Origin: Fusobacteriaceae bacterium | GTDB lineage: Bacteria; Fusobacteriota; Fusobacteriia; Fusobacteriales; Fusobacteriaceae | Reading direction: 5' to 3' | NCBI GenBank assembly: GCA_051659505.1 | Contig: JBOFOQ010000013.1 | Location: 4,732 to 68,731 of the forward strand | Length of the DNA: 64,000 nt | Shown: positions 44,412-53,977 of the stretch, piece by piece | Position numbering within the stretch: the first letter of the stretch is position 1 | Layout of the letters: each line of letters starts with the position of its first letter | Position numbers and translations under genes: made by a program | Notes under the pieces: generated by a model | Told to the model about the DNA's origin: nothing | The model's input: the letters and a program-made list of their open reading frames with translations, nothing else | Database searches by the model: none

Positions 44412-45599
44412 TTAGTCTAAGTAAGTTAATATTTTTTCTATTTTAGACACAGCATAATCTATCTCATCTATAGTATTAAAATAACCAAAAGAAAATCTTA
44501 CACTTCCTGTATTTTCAGTTCCTAAAAACTCATGGATAAGAGGTGCACAGTGGAGTCCAGAACGAGTTATTATTCCAAATTCTTCATCTAGTATATTTGA
44601 AAGTTCTGAAGCTACTACTCCCTCTATATTTATAGAAACAACCGGACCATCACTTGCCCCATAACTTGTATATAATTTAATTTTATTTTCTTTATCTATA
44701 CTTTTAAGTCCTTTTATAAAATTTTCTTTTAATTGTTTTTCATGTAATTCTATATTTTTTATTCCTACTTCATTTATAAAATCTATTCCTGCTCCTAATG
44801 ATATTATTCCTGGTGTATTTAGTGTCCCTGCTTCTACACAATCTGGCATCTCCAAAGGTTGCTGTTTTTCTCTTGAGTGACTTCCTGTCCCCCCCACTAT
44901 TAACGAGTCTAATTTCAAACCATCTTTAAGGCATAAACCACCTATTCCTTGCATTCCAAATAAAGATTTATGACCAGTAAAACACAAGATATCTATATTC
45001 ATTTCCTTCATATCAACTTTTGTTATTCCTGCACTTTGAGAAGCATCTACTATTAATAAAATTTTGTTTTCTTTACATATTTTACCAATTTCTACTAAAT
45101 CTATAATTTTACCTGTAACATTAGACATATGATTTATAACTACTGCTTTTATAGTTTTTTCTTTATTTACTTTATCTTCTTCTAGCTTTTTCTTCAATTC
45201 AATTCCATTAAATTCATTTTTTAATATTTCGACATTTATTATTTTTTCTTCCATCATTTTATAAAGAGGTCTAATAACAGAATTATGTTCAAAATATGAA
45301 GTCAATACTCTATCTCCACTTTTCAATATTCCTCTTACAGCTATATTTAAAGCCATTGTTGAATTACTTGTAAAAGCAACATTTAAAGAGTTTTCTAGAT
45401 TAAAAAAAAATGCTATCTTTTCTCTAACTTTATATATTTCTTCAGCTGTTTTTACAGCCAATCTATGTCCACCTCTCCCTGGATTACTATTTAATTTTTT
45501 CAGTGCATATTGCACACTTGAGTAAACAGTTTCTGGTTTTGGATTACTTGTTGCTGAATTATCAAAATAATATATTTTATCCATTTTATTCAACTCCAC
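44412..45599 (-). CDS. Class V aminotransferase / cysteine desulfurase family protein
   Basis: YFDNSATS start motif and PLP-lysine context FTGHKSLFG. The start could instead be the internal MDKIYYFDN. Confidence 0.75.
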   Translation of the reverse strand: MELNKMDKIYYFDNSATSNPKPETVYSSVQYALKKLNSNPGRGGHRLAVKTAEEIYKVREKIAFFFNLENSLNVAFTSNSTMALNIAVRGILKSGDRVLTSYFEHNSVIRPLYKMMEEKIINVEILKNEFNGIELKKKLEEDKVNKEKTIKAVVINHMSNVTGKIIDLVEIGKICKENKILLIVDASQSAGITKVDMKEMNIDILCFTGHKSLFGMQGIGGLCLKDGLKLDSLIVGGTGSHSREKQQPLEMPDCVEAGTLNTPGIISLGAGIDFINEVGIKNIELHEKQLKENFIKGLKSIDKENKIKLYTSYGASDGPVVSINIEGVVASELSNILDEEFGIITRSGLHCAPLIHEFLGTENTGSVRFSFGYFNTIDEIDYAVSKIEKILTYLD

Positions 45600-45732
45600 T
45601 TTCTTTTATCATTTTCCTCAAGTTTATTATAACATATTCAAGAGTTTTTCGTTGATTTTTTTTGTTTTAGATGTTATTATAATTTGAAAGTAATTTTCTT
45701 AAATTTACTCTATTTTTTTTAAAGGAGGAACC

Positions 45733-47031
45733 GTGAGTAATATTTTAATTAATAACAAGTTTATCGAAATTTTAAAAAAAGAGGTTGTTCCTGCATTTGG
45801 TTGTACAGAACCTGTTGCAGTTGCTTATGCTGCAGCAAAAGCAACTGAAGTTTTAGGTGTATTACCTGATAAAGTTGAACTTACTCTTTCAGGTAATGTC
45901 ATAAAAAATGCTATGAGTGTGGGTATTCCAGGAACAGGTATGAAAGGAGTTAATATTGCTACAGCAGTAGGAGTCTATGCCGGTAAATCATCTAAAGGCT
46001 TAGAAGTTTTAAATAATATCTCTGAAGAGGATATTCTCCATTCTAAAGAACTTTTAAAAGAAGGTTTTATTACTACACATCTTTCTACAGAACCAAACAA
46101 GCTCTATATTAAAGTTAATGTGAGTAAAGGTTCTGAATCTGCTGTCGTTGAAATTAAAGATTTTCATACTGCGATTTCATCTATTGAAAAAAATGGTGTT
46201 TCTCTACTTAAAACTAATTGTGATAATGGTACTATTTTAAACTCTGTTAATGATGAAGACAGATCTTTTATGACAGTTAATTCTATCTATGATTTTTCGA
46301 TGAATATTCCTTTAGCCGATTTGTATTTTTTAAAAGATATTATCGTTTTAAATGAAGCTATTGCAAAGGAAGGGTTAATTAATGACTATGGACTCAAAGT
46401 TGGGAAAACAAGAATTTCACATATGAGCAATGGTGTTTTAGGTGATTCTTTAGAAAGTTATGCCATAGGACTTACTGCTGCTGCTACTGATGCTAGAATG
46501 GCAGGTTCTACTATGGCAGTTATGACTAATTCTGGAAGTGGTAACCAAGGAATAACGGCAACTGTTCCTGTTATTGCTGCTGCTGCTAAACTTAATTCCA
46601 CTGAGGAAGAATTGTTAAGAGCTCTAGCCCTTAGCAGTTTAGTTGCAATACATATGAAGAATCACTTAGGTAGACTTTCTGCTCTTTGCGGTTGTGTTGT
46701 TGCCTCTACAGGATCAAGTTGTGCTATTTCTTATCTTATGGGCGGAAAACTTCCCGAGATTGAAGGTACTATTAAAAATGTTTTAGGTAACATCACTGGG
46801 ATGTTCTGTGACGGTGCTAAACCGGGATGTTCTTTAAAAGTAGCAACTGGAGTTAGTGCTGGTATTCAAGCGGCGCTTCTTGCTAATGATAAAATCATTA
46901 TTGGAGGTGACGAAGGAATTATTGATAAATCAGTAGAACAAACCATAGTTAATGCCTGTTCTATTGGACGTGATGCCATGAATGAAACTGATAAAATGAT
47001 ACTTGATATTATGGTAAAAAAAAATATATAA
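45733..47031 (+). CDS. UPF0597 / serine dehydratase-alpha-like protein (CyuA/YhaM-type L-cysteine desulfidase family)
   Basis: 432 aa (E. coli YhaM is about 436). The GCTEPVAVAYAAA start and SGSGNQG motif are typical of UPF0597. GTG start with an AAAGGAGGA RBS. Confidence 0.7.
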   Translation: MSNILINNKFIEILKKEVVPAFGCTEPVAVAYAAAKATEVLGVLPDKVELTLSGNVIKNAMSVGIPGTGMKGVNIATAVGVYAGKSSKGLEVLNNISEEDILHSKELLKEGFITTHLSTEPNKLYIKVNVSKGSESAVVEIKDFHTAISSIEKNGVSLLKTNCDNGTILNSVNDEDRSFMTVNSIYDFSMNIPLADLYFLKDIIVLNEAIAKEGLINDYGLKVGKTRISHMSNGVLGDSLESYAIGLTAAATDARMAGSTMAVMTNSGSGNQGITATVPVIAAAAKLNSTEEELLRALALSSLVAIHMKNHLGRLSALCGCVVASTGSSCAISYLMGGKLPEIEGTIKNVLGNITGMFCDGAKPGCSLKVATGVSAGIQAALLANDKIIIGGDEGIIDKSVEQTIVNACSIGRDAMNETDKMILDIMVKKNI

Positions 47032-47063
47032 TATAATAAATAATATAATTTGGGAGGATTTAC

Positions 47064-48443
47064 ATGTTAGTTTTAATTAATTTAATTATTTTTGCTGTTT
47101 TAATTTTTATTCTTTACTTAATGCAAGCCAAATTTGTTGCTTTTTCTAAAAGAGTTTTTTTAGCTCTTGGAATGGCTATAGTTTTTGGAGTTGTTCTTCA
47201 ATATATATACGGATCAAATAACCAAATAGTTACTACATCTGTAATGTATATTAACATAATTGGAGATGGATATGTTCGAATGCTTAAAATGATAGTTATG
47301 CCTCTTATTATGGTTTCTATTGTTTCTTCTATTATTAATTTAGAAGACGGTAAATCTCTTGGTAAAATGGGTGGATTAATTATTAGCATTTTAATTGGAA
47401 CTTCTATTATTGCTGCTTTAATTGGTGTAGGAACTGCTCTTTTATTTGGATTAACTGCTGAAGGTTTACAAGTTGGAGCTAAAGAAATGGCTAGAGGTGC
47501 ATATTTAGAAGGAAAAGTTGCAGATGTTAGTATAGCTTCTTTTATTTCTAAATTTGTAGAAATGATTCCAACTAATCCTTTTCTTGACATGACTGGTGCT
47601 AGAGACTCATCTACTATCTCTGTTGTATTCTTTTCTGCATTTACTGGAATTGCAGCTCTTGGAATTATGAAGAAAAAACCAAAGTCTTTTGAAACTTTTA
47701 AAAATATAGTTAATTCTCTTCACGATGTTGTAATGAGAACTGTTACTTTAGTTTTAAGACTTACTCCTTTTGGAGTTCTTGCTCTTATGACCAAGGTTGT
47801 TGCAACTTCTAATATAGAAGAAATTTTAAAACTTGGAACATTTGTTTTAGCATCTTATGTTGCTTTAATTGCAATGTTTATTGTACATCTAGTTCTTATA
47901 ATGTTAACAGGATTAAGTCCTATTAGATTTATTCAAAAATCTTTACCAGTTTTGACTTTTGCATTTACTTCTAGAACAAGTGCTGGTTCTATTCCTTTTA
48001 ATGTAGAAGCACAAACTAAAAAAATGGGTATATCTGAAGGTGTTGCAAACTTATCAGCTTCTTTTGGTTCTTCTATTGGTCAAAATGGTTGTGCTGCAAT
48101 ATATCCAGCTATGCTTGCTATTATGATAGCTCCTACAGTTGGAGTTCCTATTACTGTTTCTTTCGTTGTTCAATTGGTTATAATAATTGCTGTTAGTTCT
48201 TTTGGTGTTGCAGGAGTTGGTGGGGGTGCTACATTTGCTGCTCTTATCGTTCTTTCTTCTTTAAACCTTCCTGTGGGATTAGTAGGATTATTAATTGCTA
48301 TTGAACCTCTTATAGATATGGGAAGAACAGCTTTAAATGTTAGTGGTTCTATGACTGCTGGTGTTATTTCTGCTAAAGTTTTAGGTGAAATAAATATGGA
48401 AACTTATTCTTCTTCTTCTACAGAAGATGATGACCAAAACTAA
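47064..48443 (+). CDS. Dicarboxylate/amino acid:cation symporter (DAACS) family transporter
   Basis: 459 aa, polytopic. Has FTSRTSAGSIPFN and IYPAM motifs of the sodium:dicarboxylate symporter family (TcyP/SstT/GltP relatives). Confidence 0.8.
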   Translation: MLVLINLIIFAVLIFILYLMQAKFVAFSKRVFLALGMAIVFGVVLQYIYGSNNQIVTTSVMYINIIGDGYVRMLKMIVMPLIMVSIVSSIINLEDGKSLGKMGGLIISILIGTSIIAALIGVGTALLFGLTAEGLQVGAKEMARGAYLEGKVADVSIASFISKFVEMIPTNPFLDMTGARDSSTISVVFFSAFTGIAALGIMKKKPKSFETFKNIVNSLHDVVMRTVTLVLRLTPFGVLALMTKVVATSNIEEILKLGTFVLASYVALIAMFIVHLVLIMLTGLSPIRFIQKSLPVLTFAFTSRTSAGSIPFNVEAQTKKMGISEGVANLSASFGSSIGQNGCAAIYPAMLAIMIAPTVGVPITVSFVVQLVIIIAVSSFGVAGVGGGATFAALIVLSSLNLPVGLVGLLIAIEPLIDMGRTALNVSGSMTAGVISAKVLGEINMETYSSSSTEDDDQN

Positions 48444-48490
48444 GTAAAAATTTTATTACTATGAAAATAATTTAATTTGGAGGTTATCAT

Positions 48491-49834
48491 TTGAAAGTTA
48501 TTATAATTGGAGGAGTTGCAGCTGGAATGAGTGCTGCTGCTAAAGCTAGTAGACTTAATAAAGATTTAGAATTAACTATTTATGAAAAAACAAATATTGT
48601 TTCATGGGGAGCTTGTGGTCTTCCTTACTACGTTGGAGATTTTTTTGAAAAACCTGATAACATGATTGCAAGACCTGTAGAAAAATTTATTGAAGCAGGA
48701 ATGGATATTAGAATAAATCATGAGGTTATTGGAATTAATCCAACTGATAAAACTTTAACAATTAAAAATTTAGATAATAATACTATATTTCAGGATAAAT
48801 TTGATAAACTTATGGTAGCAACTGGTGCTCACGCTATTATTCCACCTATTAAAAATGCTAATTTGGAAAATGTTTCCACACTTAAAGAGTATGCTGATGG
48901 TATATCTCTTAAAAATGTAGTGATGAGAGATGATATTCAAAATATTGTTATCATTGGTGCTGGATACATTGGAATTGAATCTGCTGAGGCTATGCATCAT
49001 CTTAAGAAAAAAAATATAAGAATTATACAATTAACTCCTAGAATTTTACCAGACAGCTTCGATAAAGATATGACTGATATCATGGAAGAAGAACTTAGAA
49101 GTCATGAAAATATAAACCTTCATCTTGAAGAGGTTGTTCTTGAATTCACTGATAAGAATGGTAAAATTTCTAGTGTTATAACTAACAAAGGAGAATATCC
49201 TGCTGATGCTGTTATTATCGCAACTGGAGTTAGACCTAACACTGGATTTTTAAAAGAAACAGGAATTAAGATGTTAGGTAATGGAGCTCTTATAATTGAT
49301 GAACATGGACAAACTTCACTTCCTGATATTTATTCTGCTGGAGATTGTGCTACAGTTTTTCATTCTGTTAAAAATGAAAATGTATACATTCCTTTAGCTA
49401 CAACTGCTAATAAAATAGGGAGAATAGTAGGAGAGAATCTTGCTGGTCTTGAAACTACTTTTAAAGGAACTTTAGCTTCTGCTGCTGTTAAGATTATGAA
49501 CTTAGAAGCTGGAAGAACAGGAATTTCTGAAGAAGAAGCTATTAAAATGAAAATTAATTATAAAACTCTTTTTATAAAAGATAAAAATCAAACTAATTAT
49601 TATCCTGGACAAAGTGATATTTGGGTAAAAATAATTTATCATGCTGAAACAAGAGTTATTTTAGGTGGACAAATATTAGGTAAGAAAGGTGCTGTTTTAA
49701 GAGTCGATGTTCTTGCTACTGCTATTTATGCTAAAATGACTGTTGATGAACTTGGAATGCTTGACTTATGTTACTCACCTCCATTTGCTAGGACTTGGGA
49801 CGTTTTAAACATAGCAGGAAATGCTGCTAAATAA
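48491..49834 (+). CDS. FAD-dependent pyridine nucleotide-disulfide oxidoreductase, CoA-disulfide reductase / NADH oxidase family
   Basis: Has the IIGGVAAGMSAA FAD fold, a single redox cysteine in SWGACGLPYY, and a second Rossmann motif IIGAGYIGIE. TTG start after GGAGG. Confidence 0.8.
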   Translation: MKVIIIGGVAAGMSAAAKASRLNKDLELTIYEKTNIVSWGACGLPYYVGDFFEKPDNMIARPVEKFIEAGMDIRINHEVIGINPTDKTLTIKNLDNNTIFQDKFDKLMVATGAHAIIPPIKNANLENVSTLKEYADGISLKNVVMRDDIQNIVIIGAGYIGIESAEAMHHLKKKNIRIIQLTPRILPDSFDKDMTDIMEEELRSHENINLHLEEVVLEFTDKNGKISSVITNKGEYPADAVIIATGVRPNTGFLKETGIKMLGNGALIIDEHGQTSLPDIYSAGDCATVFHSVKNENVYIPLATTANKIGRIVGENLAGLETTFKGTLASAAVKIMNLEAGRTGISEEEAIKMKINYKTLFIKDKNQTNYYPGQSDIWVKIIYHAETRVILGGQILGKKGAVLRVDVLATAIYAKMTVDELGMLDLCYSPPFARTWDVLNIAGNAAK

Positions 49835-49849
49835 AAAAAATTTAGTTAT

Positions 49850-49905
49850 AACCATAAAAATAAGAGGAGTGTAAATTAATTTACACTCCTCTTATTTTTA
49901 TGGTT
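49850..49905. terminator. 56-bp perfect palindrome (28-bp arms) between convergent genes; probable bidirectional terminator
   Basis: aaccataaaaataagaggagtgtaaatt | aatttacactcctcttatttttatggtt, verified pair by pair, with no loop mismatch. Confidence 0.6.
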
Positions 49906-49910
49906 TATTT

Positions 49911-50513
49911 TCACGGTATAATCTCTTCTAATTTTATTAATTTAGCACCTATTTTTTCTAGATATTTTAACGCTTCATTCGAATCTTCTTCTTTTAAATT
50001 AACCCCTTTACAAGCATCTGTAACAACATAGACTTCATATCCCAAACTTAATCCATCTTCCACAGTATATTTCACGCAATAATCTATTGCTACACCTACA
50101 ACATATATCTTTTTAATATTTTTAGTTTTTAATATTTCATTTAGTTCTGTTTGGTTTATTTTTTTATTATCAAAAAAAGCACTGTAAGAGTCAACTTCAC
50201 TATCTATACCTTTTTTTACTACTATATCCACTTCTTCTAATTCTTTGTGAAATTTACTACCATAAGTATTTTGAACACAGTGTACAGGCCAATAGTTATC
50301 TATTCCAATTAAACTTTTCTCACTTTTGTTTATTTCAAAACTTTTGTGACAAAGAGGATGCCAATCTTTTGTCCCTATAATTAAGAAGTTTTGTTTCCTC
50401 ATTTTTTTTATAAGTTTATTTATTTTAGGTATTATTTCTTCTGTATTTTTAACTTCTAAAGAACCACCTTTACAAAAATCATTTTGTAAATCAACTACTA
50501 TTAATGCCTTCAT
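49911..50513 (-). CDS. pncA: Nicotinamidase/pyrazinamidase (isochorismatase family)
   Basis: Has VVDLQNDFC, DWHP..H and the catalytic Cys context AIDYCV, at 200 aa. Confidence 0.8.
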   Translation of the reverse strand: MKALIVVDLQNDFCKGGSLEVKNTEEIIPKINKLIKKMRKQNFLIIGTKDWHPLCHKSFEINKSEKSLIGIDNYWPVHCVQNTYGSKFHKELEEVDIVVKKGIDSEVDSYSAFFDNKKINQTELNEILKTKNIKKIYVVGVAIDYCVKYTVEDGLSLGYEVYVVTDACKGVNLKEEDSNEALKYLEKIGAKLIKLEEIIP

Positions 50514-51730
50514 AATTGTTTACCTTTAAGTCTCTTTGTAACCCACTCTAATGCAAAATTTGTTATATCTTCATTAGGTTCATTTCCATCGCCCTTAGAA
50601 TCACTAACATACATATTCTCTACATCTGACATTATAAATGCATCAACTAATTTTAGACTTTGTTTTATTGGAGAGTCTTTATCTAATAATCCATGCGAAA
50701 CAAAAGTTGGAGCACTATTTTTATCCACATAATATAAAGGACTTGCCATTTCAGTTAAATGAACCTTATTCCAAAAATATGATTTTGTTTGCTGCTCTCT
50801 TTTTAAAGCTCTTATACCTTTTAGCCCTTGCCATCCTTCTTCATTAAAATCGATCAATTTTGCTTCTGGAGCATCTTTTTCATCAAATCTTTTTACTGCT
50901 AATTCTTTACTCAGAATTTTTTCATTAAAATCTTGTGAAATATTTATTAAATCAGTAACTGCACCAAAAGATATTACAGAATCTACACTACTTTTATACT
51001 CTTTATTTCCTCCAATATTCCCTTCAAATTCTTCTTTTCCTGCTGTTGTTCCTAAAAGTAAAGCTAAGGTTGCTCCTGTCCCTTCACCAGCTACTGATAT
51101 TTTTTCTGGTATAATTCCATAATTTTCAGCATTGGCTTTTATAAATCTAATTGCCCCTTTAATATCATATATTTGATTAGGAAAAACAGCTTCATTTACA
51201 TCTCTATACTGAACATCAATTACCGCTATCCCTTTTTCTCTAAGTTTTTTTAAGTGATTATAAAAAATATTATTTTCACTTTGGTCTTTTTTAAAACTCC
51301 AGTTTTCACCATTTATATACACTATAGCAGGAGCTAGTTCAGTTGAATCAAGAGGTCTATATATATTAACATTCAATTTTTTTACTATATTTTTACCTTT
51401 TTCTTCTTTTGAAATAGTGGCATATGTGACATTTTTATATTCATTCTTATATATTTTAACCTCCACTATATCTATTTTTACTTCTTCTACACTTATTTCC
51501 TCTTTAATTATTGTGTTCGTTTCTAAATTTTCATTTGATTTATTCCCTAGCACTTTATTAGCAGTAACTAAAACTCTATTATTTAACTCTAAATTTCCTA
51601 TTACATCTGAATATCTTTTAGATAGTTCTGGTTTTATAATATAAACTAGTATCCCTAATAAAATTGAAACTAAAATTATAACAAAAAAACCTTTTAATTT
51701 ATTTTTTTTTCTTTTTTTATAATAATACAA
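50510..51730 (-). CDS. Membrane-anchored alpha/beta-hydrolase-fold protein (esterase-like)
   Basis: Has an N-terminal TM helix and a VYINGENW oxyanion-type region. The nucleophile elbow reads VAGEGTGATLA instead of G-x-S-x-G. There is an ATGA overlap with pncA. Confidence 0.65.
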   Translation of the reverse strand: MYYYKKRKKNKLKGFFVIILVSILLGILVYIIKPELSKRYSDVIGNLELNNRVLVTANKVLGNKSNENLETNTIIKEEISVEEVKIDIVEVKIYKNEYKNVTYATISKEEKGKNIVKKLNVNIYRPLDSTELAPAIVYINGENWSFKKDQSENNIFYNHLKKLREKGIAVIDVQYRDVNEAVFPNQIYDIKGAIRFIKANAENYGIIPEKISVAGEGTGATLALLLGTTAGKEEFEGNIGGNKEYKSSVDSVISFGAVTDLINISQDFNEKILSKELAVKRFDEKDAPEAKLIDFNEEGWQGLKGIRALKREQQTKSYFWNKVHLTEMASPLYYVDKNSAPTFVSHGLLDKDSPIKQSLKLVDAFIMSDVENMYVSDSKGDGNEPNEDITNFALEWVTKRLKGKQL

Positions 51731-51826
51731 TTTTTCCCCCTTTATCCTTTTGATTCAACAATACTTTTATAATTTAAGATAAGATATTAATGTAGATTAT
51801 TCAACTTTGTCTTCTAAAAACAATTT

Positions 51827-52798
51827 TTATAGTAATTCTTTTTTTCTTAAAATTAACGCTACAATTATTGAAATTAGCGTTATGAAACTTATAACAGCTA
51901 AAAACCCTATTTTAGAACTTCCTAAAGGAACTCCCACATTCATTCCCCAAATTCCTGATAAAATTGTAGGTACTCCCATTACTATAGTAATAGAAGTTAA
52001 CCTTTTCATCAATACATTAAAATTATTAGAGATTACTGAAGCAAAAACATCCATTACAACACTTAATACGTCACTATATATTTTTGCCATTTCTATTGCT
52101 TGTTTATTTTCAATAATTGCATCTTCAAGTATCTCTAAATCATCTGGATATTTTTTTACAATACTTAATCTAGATAATCTTTCTAAAACACTTTCATTAG
52201 TTTTTAAAGAAGTTGAGAAATACACAAGGGATTTCTCAAGTTCCAAAATAGCTAAAAGTTCACTATTTCTCATGGATTTATAAAGTTCTGTTTCCCATTC
52301 CTTAGATTGTTTTTCTATATTTCTAAGATATATCAAATAATTTGCTGCATTTCTATAAAGCATTTGTAGTAAAAATGCTGTTTTTTTAGATGTCACAATA
52401 CCTTTATGCACTCCTGTTTTAAATGTTGCAAGTAAACTCACTTCTGCTGAAGCTATTGTTATTATATTTTCAGGAGTTATTACAATACCTAAAGGTAGTG
52501 TAGTATATGAAATTCCAGATCTAGTTTTTGTACTTTTCTCCAAATAAGGAACATCTACAATTATTAGTATTTCTTTATCTTCTATTTCTATTCTAGGTCT
52601 TTCCTCTGTATCTAATGCCGCCATTAAACTTTGCTCTTCTACTCCTAGCATTTCAGCTAGTTCTATTATCTCTTCATGTGAGGGGGACACTAAATTTATC
52701 CATGCTCCCTCTTCTATTTTATCTAACACTATTAGCTTTTCATTAATTGTTTTATAAATTTCCAAAAGAGCCCCCCTTAAAATAAATTCTTTACTCAT
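51827..52798 (-). CDS. corA: Magnesium/cobalt transporter CorA
   Basis: GIWGMNVGVP (the GMN motif) lies between two C-terminal TM helices. I prefer the start at ATG 52798 over TTG 52810. Confidence 0.85.
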   Translation of the reverse strand: MSKEFILRGALLEIYKTINEKLIVLDKIEEGAWINLVSPSHEEIIELAEMLGVEEQSLMAALDTEERPRIEIEDKEILIIVDVPYLEKSTKTRSGISYTTLPLGIVITPENIITIASAEVSLLATFKTGVHKGIVTSKKTAFLLQMLYRNAANYLIYLRNIEKQSKEWETELYKSMRNSELLAILELEKSLVYFSTSLKTNESVLERLSRLSIVKKYPDDLEILEDAIIENKQAIEMAKIYSDVLSVVMDVFASVISNNFNVLMKRLTSITIVMGVPTILSGIWGMNVGVPLGSSKIGFLAVISFITLISIIVALILRKKELL

Positions 52799-52892
52799 AG
52801 TATACCACAATTTATAGTTAATTTCTAGAACTCTAACCCTATTATATTTTTTTTCTTATTTTGATACGTCTTTATTTGATATTCCTAAAAAT

Positions 52893-52929
52893 ATAAAAAA
52901 AGAGCTGGATTTCATTCTAGCTCTTTTTC
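52893..52929 (-). terminator. Rho-independent terminator after the repeat-lipoprotein gene
   Basis: The minus strand reads AGAGCTAGA-loop-TCCAGCTCT followed by T7. Confidence 0.6.
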
Positions 52930-52969
52930 TCTCTATAGTATTTTTCCTGAAATTAAACTTTTTTTAGTT

Positions 52970-53710
52970 CTACAATAATACTCCTTTTTTAGAATACCGT
53001 TTTGATTCACCAACTTGTTCCCCAAATTTGTAATTTAATTCAACCTTTAATTGACCATTTTTATAATATTTTTTCACTATGCCATCTGCTTTCCCCAATT
53101 TATAATTTTCTTCACTCTCTAATTGACCATTTTCATAATATTTTTTTAATAGGCCATCTCGTTGTCCTAATTTATAATTTGATTCAACCTCTAATTGATC
53201 ATTTTTATAATATTTTTTTAATAGGCCATCTCGTTTCCCTAATTTGTAATTTTCTTCACTTTTTAATTGACCATTTTTATAATATGTTTTTAATAGGCCA
53301 TCTCGTTTCCCTAATTTGTAATTTTCTTCAATCTCTAATTGACCATTTTTATAATATTTTTTCGCTATGCCATCTGGTTGCCCTAATTTATAATTTCCTT
53401 CAATCTCTAATTGACCATTTTTATAATATTTTTTAAATATGCCATCTTGTTCTCCTGAGTTATAATTTGATTCAACCTCTAATTGACCATTTTTATAATA
53501 TGTTTTTAATATGCCCTCTGGTTGCCATAATTTATAATTTACTATACTCCTTAATTTACCATTATCATAATATTTTTTCGCTATACCATCTGGTTTACTG
53601 TAGTGAAAATTTAGGTCAACCACTAATTGATCATTAGTATAATTCCCATCTTCATTATTACAAGATATAAAAAATACACTTAGTAAAAATAAGAATAATA
53701 TTTTTTTCAT
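52970..53710 (-). CDS. Lipoprotein built of MORN/YwqK-like repeats
   Basis: Lipobox FFISCNN. There are 8 clear copies and 1 degenerate copy of a 24-aa unit (DG..KKYYKNGQLE.E.NYKLG..). The DNA has 72-bp periodicity. Confidence 0.75.
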   Translation of the reverse strand: MKKILFLFLLSVFFISCNNEDGNYTNDQLVVDLNFHYSKPDGIAKKYYDNGKLRSIVNYKLWQPEGILKTYYKNGQLEVESNYNSGEQDGIFKKYYKNGQLEIEGNYKLGQPDGIAKKYYKNGQLEIEENYKLGKRDGLLKTYYKNGQLKSEENYKLGKRDGLLKKYYKNDQLEVESNYKLGQRDGLLKKYYENGQLESEENYKLGKADGIVKKYYKNGQLKVELNYKFGEQVGESKRYSKKGVLL

Positions 53711-53977
53711 TCCCCCTCCCCTTAATATCTATTAATTTTATTACTCGATTATTATTATATCACATATACACATAGAAATAAAATAAAGTTCTTGTTTTGA
53801 TTTTAAGCTAAATTGTAAGTTTAATTATTTCAAATTTTTAAAAAAATTTTTGGGACAATTCATTATACAACTTAGTCTATTATTTTATTTAAATAAAAAA
53901 TAATAATTTTTTATTTGGTTTTATTAATTTTATCAAGTATAATATTTACAAACAAATAAAAATAAAAAGGAATATCT

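Noticed and set aside
51807-52283. 158-aa plus-strand ORF
   Set aside because: It lies wholly inside corA on the opposite strand. corA is supported by the GMN motif.
53002-53436. 144-aa plus-strand ORF with repeated HFYNIF motifs
   Set aside because: It is the antisense reading of the 72-bp repeats of the MORN-like lipoprotein gene. Its periodicity is inherited from the real gene.
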